The notes below the pieces were generated by a model, which searched no databases, was not told the origin of the DNA, and saw only the letters and a list, made by a program, of their open reading frames with translations. The position numbers and the translations under genes were made by a program. Positions 22,046 to 35,321 of a stretch of 64,000 nucleotides of DNA are shown piece after piece. This stretch comes from Mobula hypostoma (lineage: Eukaryota), in contig NC_086108.1 of NCBI RefSeq assembly GCF_963921235.1, positions 101,124,001 through 101,188,000 of the forward strand. Direction: 5' to 3'. Each line of letters starts with the position of its first letter. The stretch's first letter is position 1.

Positions 22046-24354
22046 AGGCCAAGGTCAAATTCTGACTTTTTCAGGGAAAAAGGAACTAGAAAGCACAGGA
22101 ACAAAAGGTAACTTAAAGTGAAGAAGAAAAGGCCATTCATTGTGGACAGCCAGAATCTTGAGTGCAACCACATGAGAGAGATTTCTTTTTAAGGGAAACA
22201 TATATGTCTCAAGTTCTACTTGCGATGTATATGTACTCTGATGGTAATGTTCCGCAATAAATTGAGAATTCAAAGTTCATAGCACAAACGTACATTTATA
22301 ATCAAAGTATGTATACAATATACAGCTTTGAGATTCACCTTCTTGCAGGTAGCCACAAAACAAAGAATTCTAAAAGAATCCATAAAAAAAGACCATCAAA
22401 CACCCAATGTGTAGAGAGAAAAACAAATAAATCATACAAACAATAGAAGTAAGCAAAGTGACATTCAGAACAAAAGTGGTTCCATAGACATGAAGCCTGG
22501 AGCAGCTCAGCAGACCACAGCCTCAGGCTCAGCTCAGTGCAGAGCCAACTAAATATCACAAAACAGTGTGCAGAAGTGGCCTGACCCTTGCCTCTTGTCC
22601 CAACACCCTGTGTTTTCAATCCACCTTGCCTAGCATTTAAATCATCCAAACATTGGGCCATTCCTAGTTCTAGGGCATAGACTATATCACATTGATATGC
22701 TCTGGGCCTGGACCCCACCACCACATTTCGGCCCTGTACCCAATCTTTCCAAATCATACTGGTCTTCAGATTGATGTCCAATGGGTCAGCCATTGATACT
22801 GAATGTTAAAAGTTTACTTCCTCATGACCAACTTTTAAGTTATTGGTAAACTTCTTTATCATGCTTTCTACATTTAAATTCCGATCGTAAATTCTGAATG
22901 TTGAACTTTGATCAGAAGTTTAGAAGTCTGCGGAGTCCTGAGTTTGTGAGTCTTCTGGTGAAGCTAAAGACAAATCTCTGTGAAACCACAGGTCTGCTGG
23001 AGGCTGAAGATGGCCAGTCCTGGGGTTGGAGGATGTGGATGTGCTTAGGAACCGGGCTTGTGTTTCTGTTGTTGTTTTGTTGTTTGTTGTGTTTTGTTTC
23101 ATTGTGTTCTGCTAAGCATTGTGGGCTTGCTGTGTTGGTGCCATAATGTGTAATGACACTTGCCGCTGCCCATCACGTTGCTAGGTTTTGTTGGTTGATC
23201 CGATGTACATTGGCAAAAAAATCTGAATCTGTACAACAACAACGAGGAACCAAGCACAAAGTGATGTGGAAACTTAGTGGTCGCAATCTTCCTGTGATAA
23301 AGTCCCCATTAATCATTACAATTTTGTACGAAGTCTGCATTCTTCTTTGTATCATTGCTCTTTACTAAATTCACCTGACTCTGTTAAGAGAGCTTGTCTA
23401 AACACTTGCTGATCTCAAAGCGAGTTGTACCAAACACACTGCCCACATCAACCCTCTTGTAATCTCCTCAAAGAATCAACTCTTTAGACATAAACTGCCC
23501 TCTGAAAATCCAAGCTTTGATTATTCTGAGTTTTTCTGGATGAAGGTTTATGGTGTCCCTCAGGAGTGATTCAAATATTTCCACCCTGAAGTTACACTAA
23601 TTCAACTACATTTACTGACTTTATCCTGTCCTGTCTTTTTAAACTATGGTACAACAATAACAAATTTCTTATGCTCAAGCATTACCCTTGTGGCCAGGGT
23701 TGATTGAAAAAAGATGATTAGAATCTTTTCAAATTCATTTCTTGTTTTTGTTTTTGCATCTGGGTATATGAAATAGCCTTGTGGTTTACGCATTTTAACC
23801 CTTCCTTTCTCACTGGTCTTATCCAATTGAATATTTTTCAAGAATTTCTCATAAATCACAACACTAATATTGCAGTCTATATTAAAAGATAGCAACAAAA
23901 GCAATTCATTAAGAACCCGATCCAAATCGTCTGCCTTTATGACTATAACACCCGATACTTTTCCTCAGTTATTATCTTCCTCTTTATGCATTTCTGTATT
24001 TTCTTTCACTTCCCCACCTGGTCCATGCCACTTCTCAGAGTTACTATCAGACAGGAGAAACAGAAGCCTGAAGAGGTTCCACCGCCACTGAGTTCAAGAA
24101 CAGTTACTTCCCTACAACCATTCAGTTTTTGGAACAACCAGCAAAGCACTCATAAGACCAGAAGATATAGGAGCAGAATTAGGCCATTTGGCCCATCGAG
24201 TCTGCTTTGCCATTTCATCATGACTGATTGAATTTTCCTCTCAGACCCAAGCTCCTGCCTTCTCCCCATTTCCCTTCATGCCCTGACCAATCAAGAATTT
24301 ATCAATCTCTGCCTTAAATATATGTTAAAACTTGGCCTCCAGAAATGCCTGGAG

Positions 24355-24790
24355 GGTTACTGATCAAAACCTAGCACTAGAACATCTGCAATGCTGATTG
24401 ATTTTATACCTTACATAAAACCTTGAAACAAAGTGAAATACAAATACAGTGTACTGTAAGCTTTTAATCAAAACACAACATTGTAGGTGGAGACTGAAAG
24501 CCTTTCATAGTTTGCTGAGGTACAACAGCTGATTCTAGGATTCTTCCGATGCTGCTGAGCTGCTTTTTTTACTCTGCACTCATTATAATTTCATTATATT
24601 AATGGTATGTAATAATTTTTGCTGCTAAGTACCTACGTGTGATGGACAAGTATAAGACAAAGACTACCTACCAGTAGCACATAAATTCAGAGTAGGAAAT
24701 AATGGTGATCTGAAACTATCGAATTATATATTCCAAAATCCAAAACACTTCCTGCCCCAAGCATTTTGGATAAGAGGTTCTCCATCCGTA
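24355..24790 (+). mobile_element. Tc1/mariner (Tigger-like) DNA transposon remnant
   Basis: End CCAAAATCCAAAACACTTCC.GCCCCAAGCATTTTGGATAAG.....CCGTA resembles Tigger-type termini; left boundary unsure. Confidence 0.45.
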
Positions 24791-27700
24791 CTAAGGAGAA
24801 GCAACTGGGGAAGCTGAAAAGTCTGAAGGTAGATAAGTCACCTGGCCCAGATGGCATACACCCCAGGGTTCTGAAAGAGGTTGCTGAAGAGATTGTGGAG
24901 GCATTAGTATGATCGTTCAAGAATCAATATATTCTGGAATGGTTCCGGAGCACTGGAAAATTGCAGATGTCACTCTGCTCTTTAAGAAGGGAGGGAACGA
25001 GTTGGCCTGACTTGAGTGGTTGGAAAAATGTAGCAGTCTATAGTTAAGAATGAAGCTTCAGAGTACTTGGAGGTATATCATAAAAGAGGCCAAAGTCACC
25101 ATGGTTTCGAGGGAAAATCTCATTGAACAAATATGTTGGAATTCTTTGAGAGAATAACAGGTGGGATAGACAAAGGAGAGTAAGTAGATATTGTTTATCT
25201 GTAATTTTAGAAGGCCTTTGACAATGTGCCACACGTGAAGCTGCTTAACAAGCTCTGAGACCATGGTATTACAGGAAGGATTTTAGCATGGATAGAACAG
25301 CGGCTGGTTGGCAGGAGGCAAAGAGTAGGAACAAAGGCAACCTTTTCTGCTTGGCTGCCAGTGATTAGTGGTGTTGCTCGAGGGTCAGCGTTGGGGCTGC
25401 TCCATTTCATGTTATATGTCAAAAATTCAGTTGAAGGAATTGATGGCTTTGTGGCCAAGTTTGTAGATGATACAAAGATAGGTGGAGGGACAGGTAGTGT
25501 TGAGGATGCAGTTTCTGCAGAAGGACTTAGCGAGAATGGGCAAGGAAGTGGCAATTGGAATTTGGTGTAGGGAAGAGGTGCAAAGAGCCAAAAGTCTTTG
25601 TGTAGTATTCTTAAAGGTTAACTTGCAGGTTGAGTTGGTGGTAAGGAAGGCAAATGCAATGTTAGCATTCATTTTGAGAGACTAGAGTACAAAATAAAGG
25701 ATGTAATGCTAAGGTTTTATAAGGCATTGGTCAGACTTCACGGAGTATCGTGAGCAGTGTTAGGCCCCTTATCTAAGAAAAGAGGAGAGGGTCCAGAGAA
25801 AGTTACAACATAGAACATAGAATAGTAAGGCACAGTACAGGCCCTTTGGCCCATAATGTTGTGCCGACCCTCAAACCCTGCCTACCATATAAGCCCCCAC
25901 CTTAAATTCCTCCATATATCTGTCTGGTAGTCTCTTAAACTTCACTAGTGTACCTGCCTCCACCACCGACTCGGGCAGTGCATTCCACGCACCAACCACT
26001 CTCCGAGTAAAAAGCCTTCCTCTAATATCGCCCTTGAACTTCCCACCCCTTACCTTAAAGCCATGTCCTCTTGTATGGAGCAGTGGTGCCCTGGGGAAGA
26101 GGTGCTGGCTATCCACTCTATCTATTCCTCTTATTATCTTGTACACCTCTATCATGTCTCCTCTCATCCCTCCTTCTCTCCAAAGAGTAAAGAGTATCCC
26201 TTAATCTCTGATCGTAATGCATACTCTCTAAACCAGGCAGCATCCTGGTAAATCTCCTCTGTACCTTTCCCAATGCTTCCAGATCCTTTCTATAGTGAGG
26301 CGACCAGAACTGGACACAGTATTCCAAGTGCGGCCTAACCAGAGTTTTATAGAGCTGCATCATTACATCGCGACTCTTAAACTCTATCCCTCGACTTATG
26401 AAAGCTAACACCCCATAAGCTTTCTTAACTACCCTATCCACCTGTGAAGCAACTTTCAGGGATCTGTGGACATGTTCCCCCAGATCCCTCTGCTCCTCCA
26501 CACTACCAAGTATCCTGCCATTTACTTTGTACTCTGCCTTGGAGTTTGTCCTTCCAAGTGTACCACCTCACACTTCTCCAGGTTGAACTCCATCTGCCAC
26601 TTCTCAGCCCACTTCTGCATCCTATCAATGTCTCTCTGCAATCTTTGACAATCCTCTACACTATCTACAACACCACCAACCTTTGTGTCGTCTGCAAACT
26701 TGCCAACCCACCCTTCTACCCCCACATCCAGGTCATTAATAAAAATCACGAAAAGTAGAGGTCCCAGAACAGATCCTTGTGGGACACCACTAGTCACAAT
26801 CCTCCAATCTGAATGTACTCCCTCCACCACCACCCTCTGCCTTCTGCAGGCAAGCCAATTCTGAATCCACCTGGCCAAACTTCCCTGGATCCCATGCCTT
26901 CTGACTTTCTGAATAAGCCTACCGTGTGGAACCTTGTCAAATGCCTTACTAAAATCCATATAGATCACATCCACTGCACTACCCTCATCTATATGCCTGG
27001 TCACCTCCTCAAAGAACTCTTATCAGGCTTGTTAGACACGATCTACCCTTCACAAAGCCATGCTGACTGTTCCTGAATAGACCATGATTCTCTAAATGCC
27101 CAGAGATCCTATCTCTAAGAATCTTTTCCAACAGATTTCTCACCACAGACATAAGGCTCACTAGTCTATAATTACCCGGACTATCCCTACTACCTTTTTT
27201 GAACAAGGGGGCAACATTCGCCTCCTTCCAATCCTCCAGTACCATTCTCGTGGACAACGAGGACATAAAGATCCTAGCCAGAGGCTCAGCAATCTCTTCC
27301 CTCGCCTCGTGAAGCAGCCTGAGGAATATTCCATCAGGCCCCAGGGACTTATCCATCCTAATGTATTTTAACAACTCCAACACCTCCTCTCCCCTAATAT
27401 CAACATGCTCCAGAACATCAACCTCACTCATATTGTCCTCACCATCATGAAGTTCCCTCTCATTGGTGAATACCGAAGAGAAGTATTCATTGAGGACCTC
27501 GCTCACTTCTACAGCCTCCAGGCACATCTTTCCACCCTTTTCTCTAATCGGTCCTACCTTCACTCCTGTCATCCTTTTTTTCTTCACATAATTGAAGAAT
27601 GCCTTGGGGTTTTCCTTTACCCTACTCGCCAAGGTCTTCTTATGCCCCCTTCTTGTTCTTCTCAGCCCCTTCTTGAGCTCCTTTCTTGCTTCCCTATATT

Positions 27701-28630
27701 CCTCACTAGACCCATCTGATCCCTGCTTCCTAAACCTCATGTATGCTGCCTTCTTCCACCTGACTAGATTTTCCACCTCACTTGTCATCCATGGTTCCTT
27801 CACCCTACCATTCTTTATCTTCTTCACCAGGACAAATTTATCCCTAACATCCTGCAAGAGATCTCTAAACATCGACCACATGTCCATAGTAAATTTCCCT
27901 GCAAAAACATCCTCCCAAATCACACCCGCAAGTTCTAACCTTATAGCCTCATAATTTGCCCTTCCCCAATTAAAAATTGTCCTGTCCTCTCTGATTTTAT
28001 CCTTTTCCATGAGAATGCTGAAGGCCAGGGAGCGGTGGTCACTGTCCCCCAGATGCTCACCCACTGAGAGATCTGTGACCCGACCCAGTTCATTACCTAG
28101 TACTAGATCTAGTCTGGGATTCCCCCTAGTCAGCCTGTCCACATACTGGACAGTTAACAAGAATGATCCCAAGAATGAAAGGGTTAACATATGAGGAGCA
28201 TTTTATAGCAATAGGCCAGTACTCAATGGAGCTTAGAAGAAGGAGGATCTCATTAAAACCTATCAAATATTGGTAGGCCTAGGTAGACTGGATGTAGAAA
28301 GGATGTTTCTGATGGTGGCAAGTCTAGGACCAGAGTGCATAGCCTCAGAATATAGGGACATCCATTTATTACAGAGGTAAGGACAATTTTCTTTAGACAG
28401 AAGGAGGTGAATCTGCAGAATTCATTGCCACAGACTGTTGTGCAAGCTAAGTAATTGGGTATATTTAAGATGGAGGTTCATTGGTTTTTGAATAATTAGG
28501 ATATCAAAGGTTATGGGGAAAAGGCAGGAGAATGGGATTAAGAGGGATTATAAATCAGCCATGATGGAATGGCGGAGCAGACTCTATGGGCCAAATTGCC
28601 TAATTCTGCTCCCACATCTTATGGTCTTAA
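24791..28630 (+). mobile_element. Older CR1 (24791-25807, 28153-28630) hosting a younger antisense CR1
   Basis: RT motifs KFVDDTKIGG; the ERVQR..TRMIP region resumes after 28152. Confidence 0.8.
25808..28152 (-). mobile_element. Young CR1 LINE (endonuclease C-terminus to 3' end)
   Basis: TRG...LDLVL...LGDSDH; full RT motifs; few frameshifts; CATAGAACATAGAA tail. Confidence 0.95.
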
Positions 28631-31600
28631 AAAGCTGATTACAATTTAATTAAAATATAACAAATAGAAGACAACACAGAAGTTTGTGCTTTGAAGAATC
28701 TACAAAAGGCTGGAAAAATGTAAAGCAGCAAATGCAAATTATTTGTATTTTTAAACCACGATGATAATAGATTAAAAACAGAGCAGTGATTGGAATGAAA
28801 ACTTCCCACAAAATAAGCAACAAAACAACTTTGAAGATAAAAGTTTTGATTAGCAAAAGGGGAGAAGGATGATGTTGTAATAATCAGAACAAGCATAACC
28901 AGTCTGGACTCATGAAAATGGAAATGCAACTTAAAATTTGTGAACAACTCCAATCTGATTAAATATATTTTGGTTGGAAGAATAATAAAGACTTCTGTAG
29001 TATAATTCCAGTGACTTATTTATGCAAGATACAAGTTAAAATCAGTTGCAAAACATTTTAACAACCATTTTAGGATCACGCATATTACTCTGAAAATACA
29101 ACTCTACTCTTCATGTTATGAGTTAACCTTACAATCCCAACACAAGTTCCATGTCAGGTTCACACAAGGTGGAACTATTACTGTGGCAATTCTACTTCTG
29201 GCAATTGTAGGATAGTATTGACTCCAGCATTCTGGGGATTCACGTTACTGGACAACTTGACTTTAAAATGGCAGTGTTGACCTGGGAAGTGGGCAGGATA
29301 GGACAGCTTCTTCCCTTTCTCCTCAGTCTCCTTCACTATTCCCTGTCCTGTAACTAGATCCCTTGAGGTATTACTTGTCTGTCTGTAATGCCTATCTCTC
29401 AGGTCCACAAGTGCTGGTACTGATTTCCCAACCTCCTTCACAATAACAATCTCCCTGCATTTATTCCATCACAATATTGAATGGTTTGGTATCACCCATT
29501 CTTGGTCAAAGGCCAAATCCTAACTTCAAAAACAGGAAAAAGCCAATGATGATGCACAATAGTTCTTCATGACGGGAATTTCGTAAGTTAAGTCAACAAC
29601 AAAATGATAACACTGCAATTTCTAGACATTATTAATTAATGGCTGAAAACTTTCTTACAATGATAACAACAAACTGCATTAATATAGTGATTTTTAAAAG
29701 GGCAGAACACATTTTGCTGAACTGTATGTCAGAAGAATCCATGATGAGTCGAAGTGGTTGGATCCAATGTATTCTAACAGATAGAAAAACAGAAATGCTT
29801 ATGAAGTATGGAGTTTGTGAGTCTCCCTTGTGACACAATAGGTTTCAGGGAGATCAGGGGGACTAGAAGAACTGCAGACATTTGTGCAAATTATCCAAGT
29901 TTGACTTTCCAAGCTTGACTTTCAGTGAAATAGTGGGACAGAATTCAATTGAATGGATTAAAACTTGCCAATTCCATTGAGGAATAATTCCTGACCTTCA
30001 TATCCTGGCTTTGAATTTCTTTTAAACTTTCCTAGCATTTCCATTATCCTCCCATGGATGCTCTGAGAGATTAGTGGAACCACCAATCAGATGAAAAACT
30101 TTGTGGTATCTTTGTCCATTTCCAGCACTTCCATTCTATTCCTTTGTGCATAGCTGGTCATGTATAACCAATCCTATAGAGTTTTAAGAGGATGTTACCA
30201 GGAGGGTGGATGAAGGCAAGGGAGTGGATGTTGTCTACATAGAACTTAGCATGGCATTTGACAAGGTCCCGGCATGGGAGGCTGGTCAGGAAAGTTCAGT
30301 CGCTCGACATTCAGGATGAGGTAGTAAATTAGATTACACATTGGCTCTGTGAGAGAAGCTGGAGAGTGGAATAGAGATTTGCCTCTCTGACTGGAGGCCT
30401 ATAACTAGTGGTGTGCCACAGGGATTGGTGCTAGGTACTTTGGTGTTTGTCATCCATATGAATGATCTGGATTATAATGTGGTTAACTGGATCAACAAAT
30501 TTGCAGGTGACTCCAAGATTGAGGGTGTAGTGGACAGCGAGGAAAGATATCATGGCTTGAAAAGGATCTGCATCAACTCGAAAAATGGGCTGAAAAATGG
30601 CAGATGGAGTTTCTTGCAGTCAAGTGTGAGGAGTTGCACTTCAGTAGGACCAACCAGGGTAGGGTTTACACAGTGAACTGTAGGACACTGAGGAGTGTGG
30701 TAGAACAAAGGGATCTGGGAATACAGGTATGTAGTTCGTTGAAAGTGGAGTCACAGGTAGATAATGTCCTAAGGAAAGCTTTCGGCACATTGGCCTTCAT
30801 AAATCAATGCACTGAGTACAGAAGATGAGATGTTATTTTGAAGTTGTATAAGATGGTGAGGACAAATCTGAAGTATAGTATGCAGTTTTGGTCACCTACC
30901 TACAGGAAAGATGTAAACAAGTTTGAAAGAATACACAGAAAATTTACAAGGATGATGCCAAGTCTGAAGGGCCTGAGTTATAAGGAAAGATTGAATATTC
31001 TTTAGAAAGTAGAAGATTGAGAAGAGATTTGATAGAGGTATACAAAATGATGAGGGGTACAGATAGGGTAAATGCAAGCAGGCTTTTTCCACTGAGGTTG
31101 GATGGGACTCCAACTAGAAGTCATGAATTAAGGGTGAAAGGTGAAAAGTTTAAGGGGAACATGATGGAAAACTTCTTCACACAGAGGCTCATGAGAGTGT
31201 GGAATGAGCTGCCAGCATGTTGATCCATGTGAGCTTGATTTCAAAGTTTAAGGGAAGTCTGGATAGGTACATAGTTAGTAGGCAACTGGAGGGCTATGTT
31301 ACCAGCGCAGGTTGTTGGGAGTAGGCAGTTTAAGTGCTTTTTGGCACGCACTAGATGGTCTGAAACACCTGTTTGTGTGCTGTACTTCTCTGACTCTATG
31401 ATACACAGTCTATTGAAAGGACAGGCAGGTAGGCAGAGGGGGAGGGTTGGTTCTGTAAAGAATTAAATCAAAGCCTTAGAAAGAAGATTGAAAGATGGAG
31501 AATCCTTGTGGGTAGAGTTAAGAAGCTGCAAACATAAAAATACCATGATGGGAGTTATATACAAGTCTTAGAACAGTAGCCAAGATATGGGCTACAAATT

Positions 31601-31850
31601 ACAATGGGAGATAGAAAATGCAAGTCAAAACGCTAATGTTACAATAGTCATGAGGGATTTCAACATGCATGTATATTGGGAAATTGAAGTTGGTGTTGGA
31701 TGCCCAAGAGATTGCTTTTTAGATCAGCTTATGGTTGGGGCCACAAGGGAAAATGCTATTCTGGATTGGGTGCTAAGTAATGAATCAGAATTGATTAGAC
31801 AGATTGAGCTAAAAGGAACCATTAGGAGACAGTCGTCATTATATGATAAT

Positions 31851-32495
31851 TGTAGTGTTCTCGTGCAGTGTGTTGAAACTCTGACTAAACACCAAGTTAA
31901 ACCGGAGCCAATGAAGACAGAGTCGTAGTAAGATTAACCATTTAGTGTTCACTCTTCCTTATTAACATCGTATGGTGAAAACTGCTGATAAAAAAATACA
32001 AACATATACAACGTCTGTTTCATTCTGGAGACCAGGCACGCTCTCTCCTTTTAGCGAGTCTCCAGCCGCCCCGAGTAGCGGGCGAGGGGGTCGCGTCAAA
32101 CTACCTCCGGGCCCGAGCCCATCCCGCGTTTGAAATTGAAAAGCCGGCACCTCCTTAACAGAAACCGCGTTAATATTTTTACTTCACATACATTCTTATG
32201 AACTTACGGCGTTACTTCTATAATGTTTCTTTGTGGGTAGAGACGGAGCTCCCCACAATCACGCTGCACGCACGGAACCCGCCTTCACACCTTCCCGAAC
32301 CGGAGGTTATACACAAGACGCGGCGAAACCGGAGGTGACGTCATCACATGCCGCGCTATACCATAGACAATGAATTTGTCTTTATTATACTGTAACTTAA
32401 TTATAAACCTTTTACTTTAACTAGAAAGTAGTTACAAACAAATCATTTAAAACGTAGACCCAACAAAGTCATATAAGTGCCTTAAGGGCAACACA
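31851..32495. mobile_element. Solo LTR
   Basis: TGTAG...ACACA ends; 5-bp TSD ATAAT (31846-31850, 32496-32500); CpG-rich interior; inserted in a CR1. Confidence 0.8.
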
Positions 32496-32711
32496 ATAAT
32501 AATCACCCTATTATAATATTCACCTTACAATTTGAGAGGGAAAGGCAATATTACAGTTGAGTAAATGGAATTATAGAGACTGGTCAAAGATGATTGGATA
32601 AGAGACTCTAGCAGAGATGACAACAGAACAGCATTAGCTGGAGTTTCTGGAAGAAATCTGGAAGAGGCAGGTTGGGTATATCCCAAAGACGAAGGATTCT
32701 AAAGACAGGAT

Positions 32712-32804
32712 CAGACATCCCACCTCTCCCGGAAATTCCGGGAGTCTCCCTCAAGTTGATGGTGCTACCTCTCTGAAATGAGTTTTTGCAGGGTGGGATG
32801 TCTG
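32712..32804. mobile_element. MITE with 13-bp TIRs and 6-bp TSD
   Basis: CAGACATCCCACC...GGTGGGATGTCTG; CAGGAT at 32706-32711 and 32805-32810. Confidence 0.8.
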
Positions 32805-32869
32805 CAGGATGATGCAACCATAGCTGACAAAGGACTTCAAAAACACAATAAAAGCAAAAGAGAGGACTT

Positions 32870-33045
32870 TAGAAAGACTAAGTCTGCACTGCTCCTAGTC
32901 ACTATTGATGGTGAGGACATGGATGTGGTGAGGACCTATAAGTATCTAGAGGCGCACCTGGAAAACAGACTTCAGTGAAGCATCAACAAAGAGGCAATGT
33001 ACAAAAAGGACCAGATTTGCCTCTACTTCCTGGAAGATAGTCCTT
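32870..33045 (+). mobile_element. Rex1/Babar- or L2-like RT fragment
   Basis: VTIDGEDMDVVRTYKYL..HL...L. Confidence 0.6.
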
Positions 33046-33608
33046 CAAGAGTGTCAGGGGGCAGAGGTGAGTGCAATTGCTATTATTAGGAAGGAGGTGC
33101 TTAGGAAACTGAAAGGGCTGAAGTTAGATAAGTCACCTGCATCAGTTGGACTAAACCCCAGGGTTCTGAAACAGGTGGCTGGGGAGATTGTGGAGAGTTA
33201 GTAATGATCTTTCAAGTATCACTCAATTGTGGTATAGTTCTGGAGGACTGGAAAATTGCAAAGGATACACCACTCTTCAAGTAGGGAGGGAGGCCGAAGA
33301 AAGGAAATTATTATCCGGTTAACCTAAACTCAGTGGTCAGGACAATGTTGGAGTCACTTATAGAAGATGAAGTCTTGGGGTACTTGGAGGCACATGATAA
33401 AATAGGCTTAACAAACTTTGCTTAACAAACTTTGCCTGACAAATTTATTGGATTTCTTTAAGGAAATAGCAAGCAGGATAGACTAAAGAAAGTCAGTGGA
33501 TGTTGTTTACATTTATGTTCAGAGGGCCTTTACAAGGTGTTGCACAAGAGGCTGCTTAACAAGATAAGAGCCGATAAAATTACATGAATGATTCGAACAT
33601 GGATAGAA

Positions 33609-33767
33609 ACGAGTAAAATTTGCAGATGCTAGAAATCTAAGCAACACACACAAACTGCTGGAGGAACTCAGCAGGTCAGGCAGCATCTATGCAAAGAGTA
33701 CAATCAACATGTGCAGCAAAGACACTACAGCACGCCCATAGATGTTCCTCCAGCAGTTTGTGTGTGT
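33609..33767. mobile_element. Penelope-derived short fold-back insertion
   Basis: Perfect 24-bp inverted repeat (33644-33667, 33744-33767); 13-bp TSD AACATGGATAGAA (33596-33608, 33768-33780). Confidence 0.85.
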
Positions 33768-34494
33768 AACATGGATAGAAGTTTGGACGGTTGGATGATA
33801 GGGGTCACTCCACTCTTTAAGGATGGAGGAAGGCTAAGTAAAGGAAATTATAGGCCAGTTAGCCTAACCTCAGTTGTTGGGAAAGTTTTGGAGTCTATTA
33901 CTAAGGATGAGGTTTTGGGGTACTTGGAGACAAATGATAAAATAAGTCAACTTCTGCAAATGGAAATCATGTTAGAGTTCTTGGAGGTTGTAACCAGCAG
34001 GGTGGACAAAGAAGAGGCAGTGGATATCATTTACTTGGATTTTCAGAAGGCATTCGATAAGGTGCCACACATGAGGCTGCTAAACAAGATAAAATCCTAC
34101 TGGAAAGATACTAGCATGGATAGGGAAATGGCTGACAGGCAGGAGTAAGCGAGTGGGAATTAAGAAGACCTTTTCTGATTGGCTGCTAGTGACTAGTGGT
34201 GTTCCTCAGGGGTCAATACTCGGACCTCTACTTTTCACATTGTTTATCAATGATCTGTATAATGGATTGATTGCTTTGGGGCAAATATGATGATATGTGG
34301 ACAGGCAGGTAGTGTTGAGGAAACAGGGAGGATGCAAAAGGACTTAGACAGATTACAGGAATGGGTAAAGAAGTGGCAGATGGGATACAATGTCAGAAAG
34401 TGTACCATCATGTACGTTGGCAGAAGGAACAAAACCATAGACTATTTTCTAAATGGGTAGAAAATTTTTAAAAATCCAAAGTGCTAAAGGACTT

Positions 34495-35321
34495 TTAAAA
34501 ACACAAACACGAGGAAATCTGCAGATGCTGGAATTTCAAGCAACACACATAAAAGTTGCTGGTGAACTCAGCAGGCCAGGCAGCATCCCTAGGAAGAGGT
34601 ATAGTCGACATTTCAGGCTGAGACCCTTCGTCAGGACTAACTGAAGGAAGAGCTAGTAAGAGATTTGAAAGTGGCAGGGGGAGGGGAAGATCCGAAATGA
34701 TAGGAGAAGACAAGAGGGGGAGGGATGGAGCCAAGAGCTGGACAGGTGATTGGCAAAAGGGATATGAGAGGATCATGGGACAGGAGGCCTAGGGAGAAAG
34801 AAAAGGGGGAGGAGGGAAGCCCAGAGGATGGGCAAGGGGTATAGTGAGAGGGACAGAGGGAGAAAAAGGAGAGAGAGAGAAAAAGAATGTGTATATAAAT
34901 AAACAAATAACAGATGGGGTATGAGGGGGAGGTGGGGCATTAGTGGAAGTTTGAGAAGTCAATGTTCATGCCATCAGGTTGGAGGCTACCCAGACGGAAT
35001 ATAAGGTGTTGTTCCTCCAACCTGAGTGTGGCTTCATCTTTACAGTAGAGGAGGCCATGGATAGACATAATCAGAATGGGAATGGGACGTGGAATTAAAA
35101 TGTGTGGCCACTGGGAGATCCTGCTTTCTCTGGTGGACAGAGCATAGGTGTTCAGCGAAACGATCTCCCAGTCTGCGTCGGGTCTCGCCAATATATAGAA
35201 GGCCGCATCGGGAGCACCGGACGCAGTATATCACCCCAGCCAACTCACAGGTGAAGTGTCTCCTCACCTGGAAGGACGGTCTGAGGCCTGCTTCGTTCAC
35301 CAGCACCTCTTATGTGTGTTC
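34495..35321 (-). mobile_element. 5'-truncated Penelope element with inverted terminal-repeat piece at 5' end
   Basis: GIY-YIG coding; 35286-35320 is inverted relative to ~34541-34576; 11-bp TSD CTAAAGGACTT (34484-34494, 35322-35332). Confidence 0.92.
34602..34639 (-). ncRNA. Minimal hammerhead ribozyme variant
   Basis: UAGUC-CUGACGA-AGGGUCUCAGCCU-GAAA-UGUC-GACUA. Confidence 0.65.

Noticed and set aside
29178..29441. 87-aa ORF considered as an exon of an upstream CLCA paralogue (VNPQNAG resemblance)
   Set aside because: No other CLCA motifs and no convincing splice sites in frame.
29480..29600. Hydrophobic stretch LLCIIIGFFLFLKLGFGL (minus) and a GTAAGT donor-like site (plus)
   Set aside because: In-frame stops nearby on both strands; no coherent exon.
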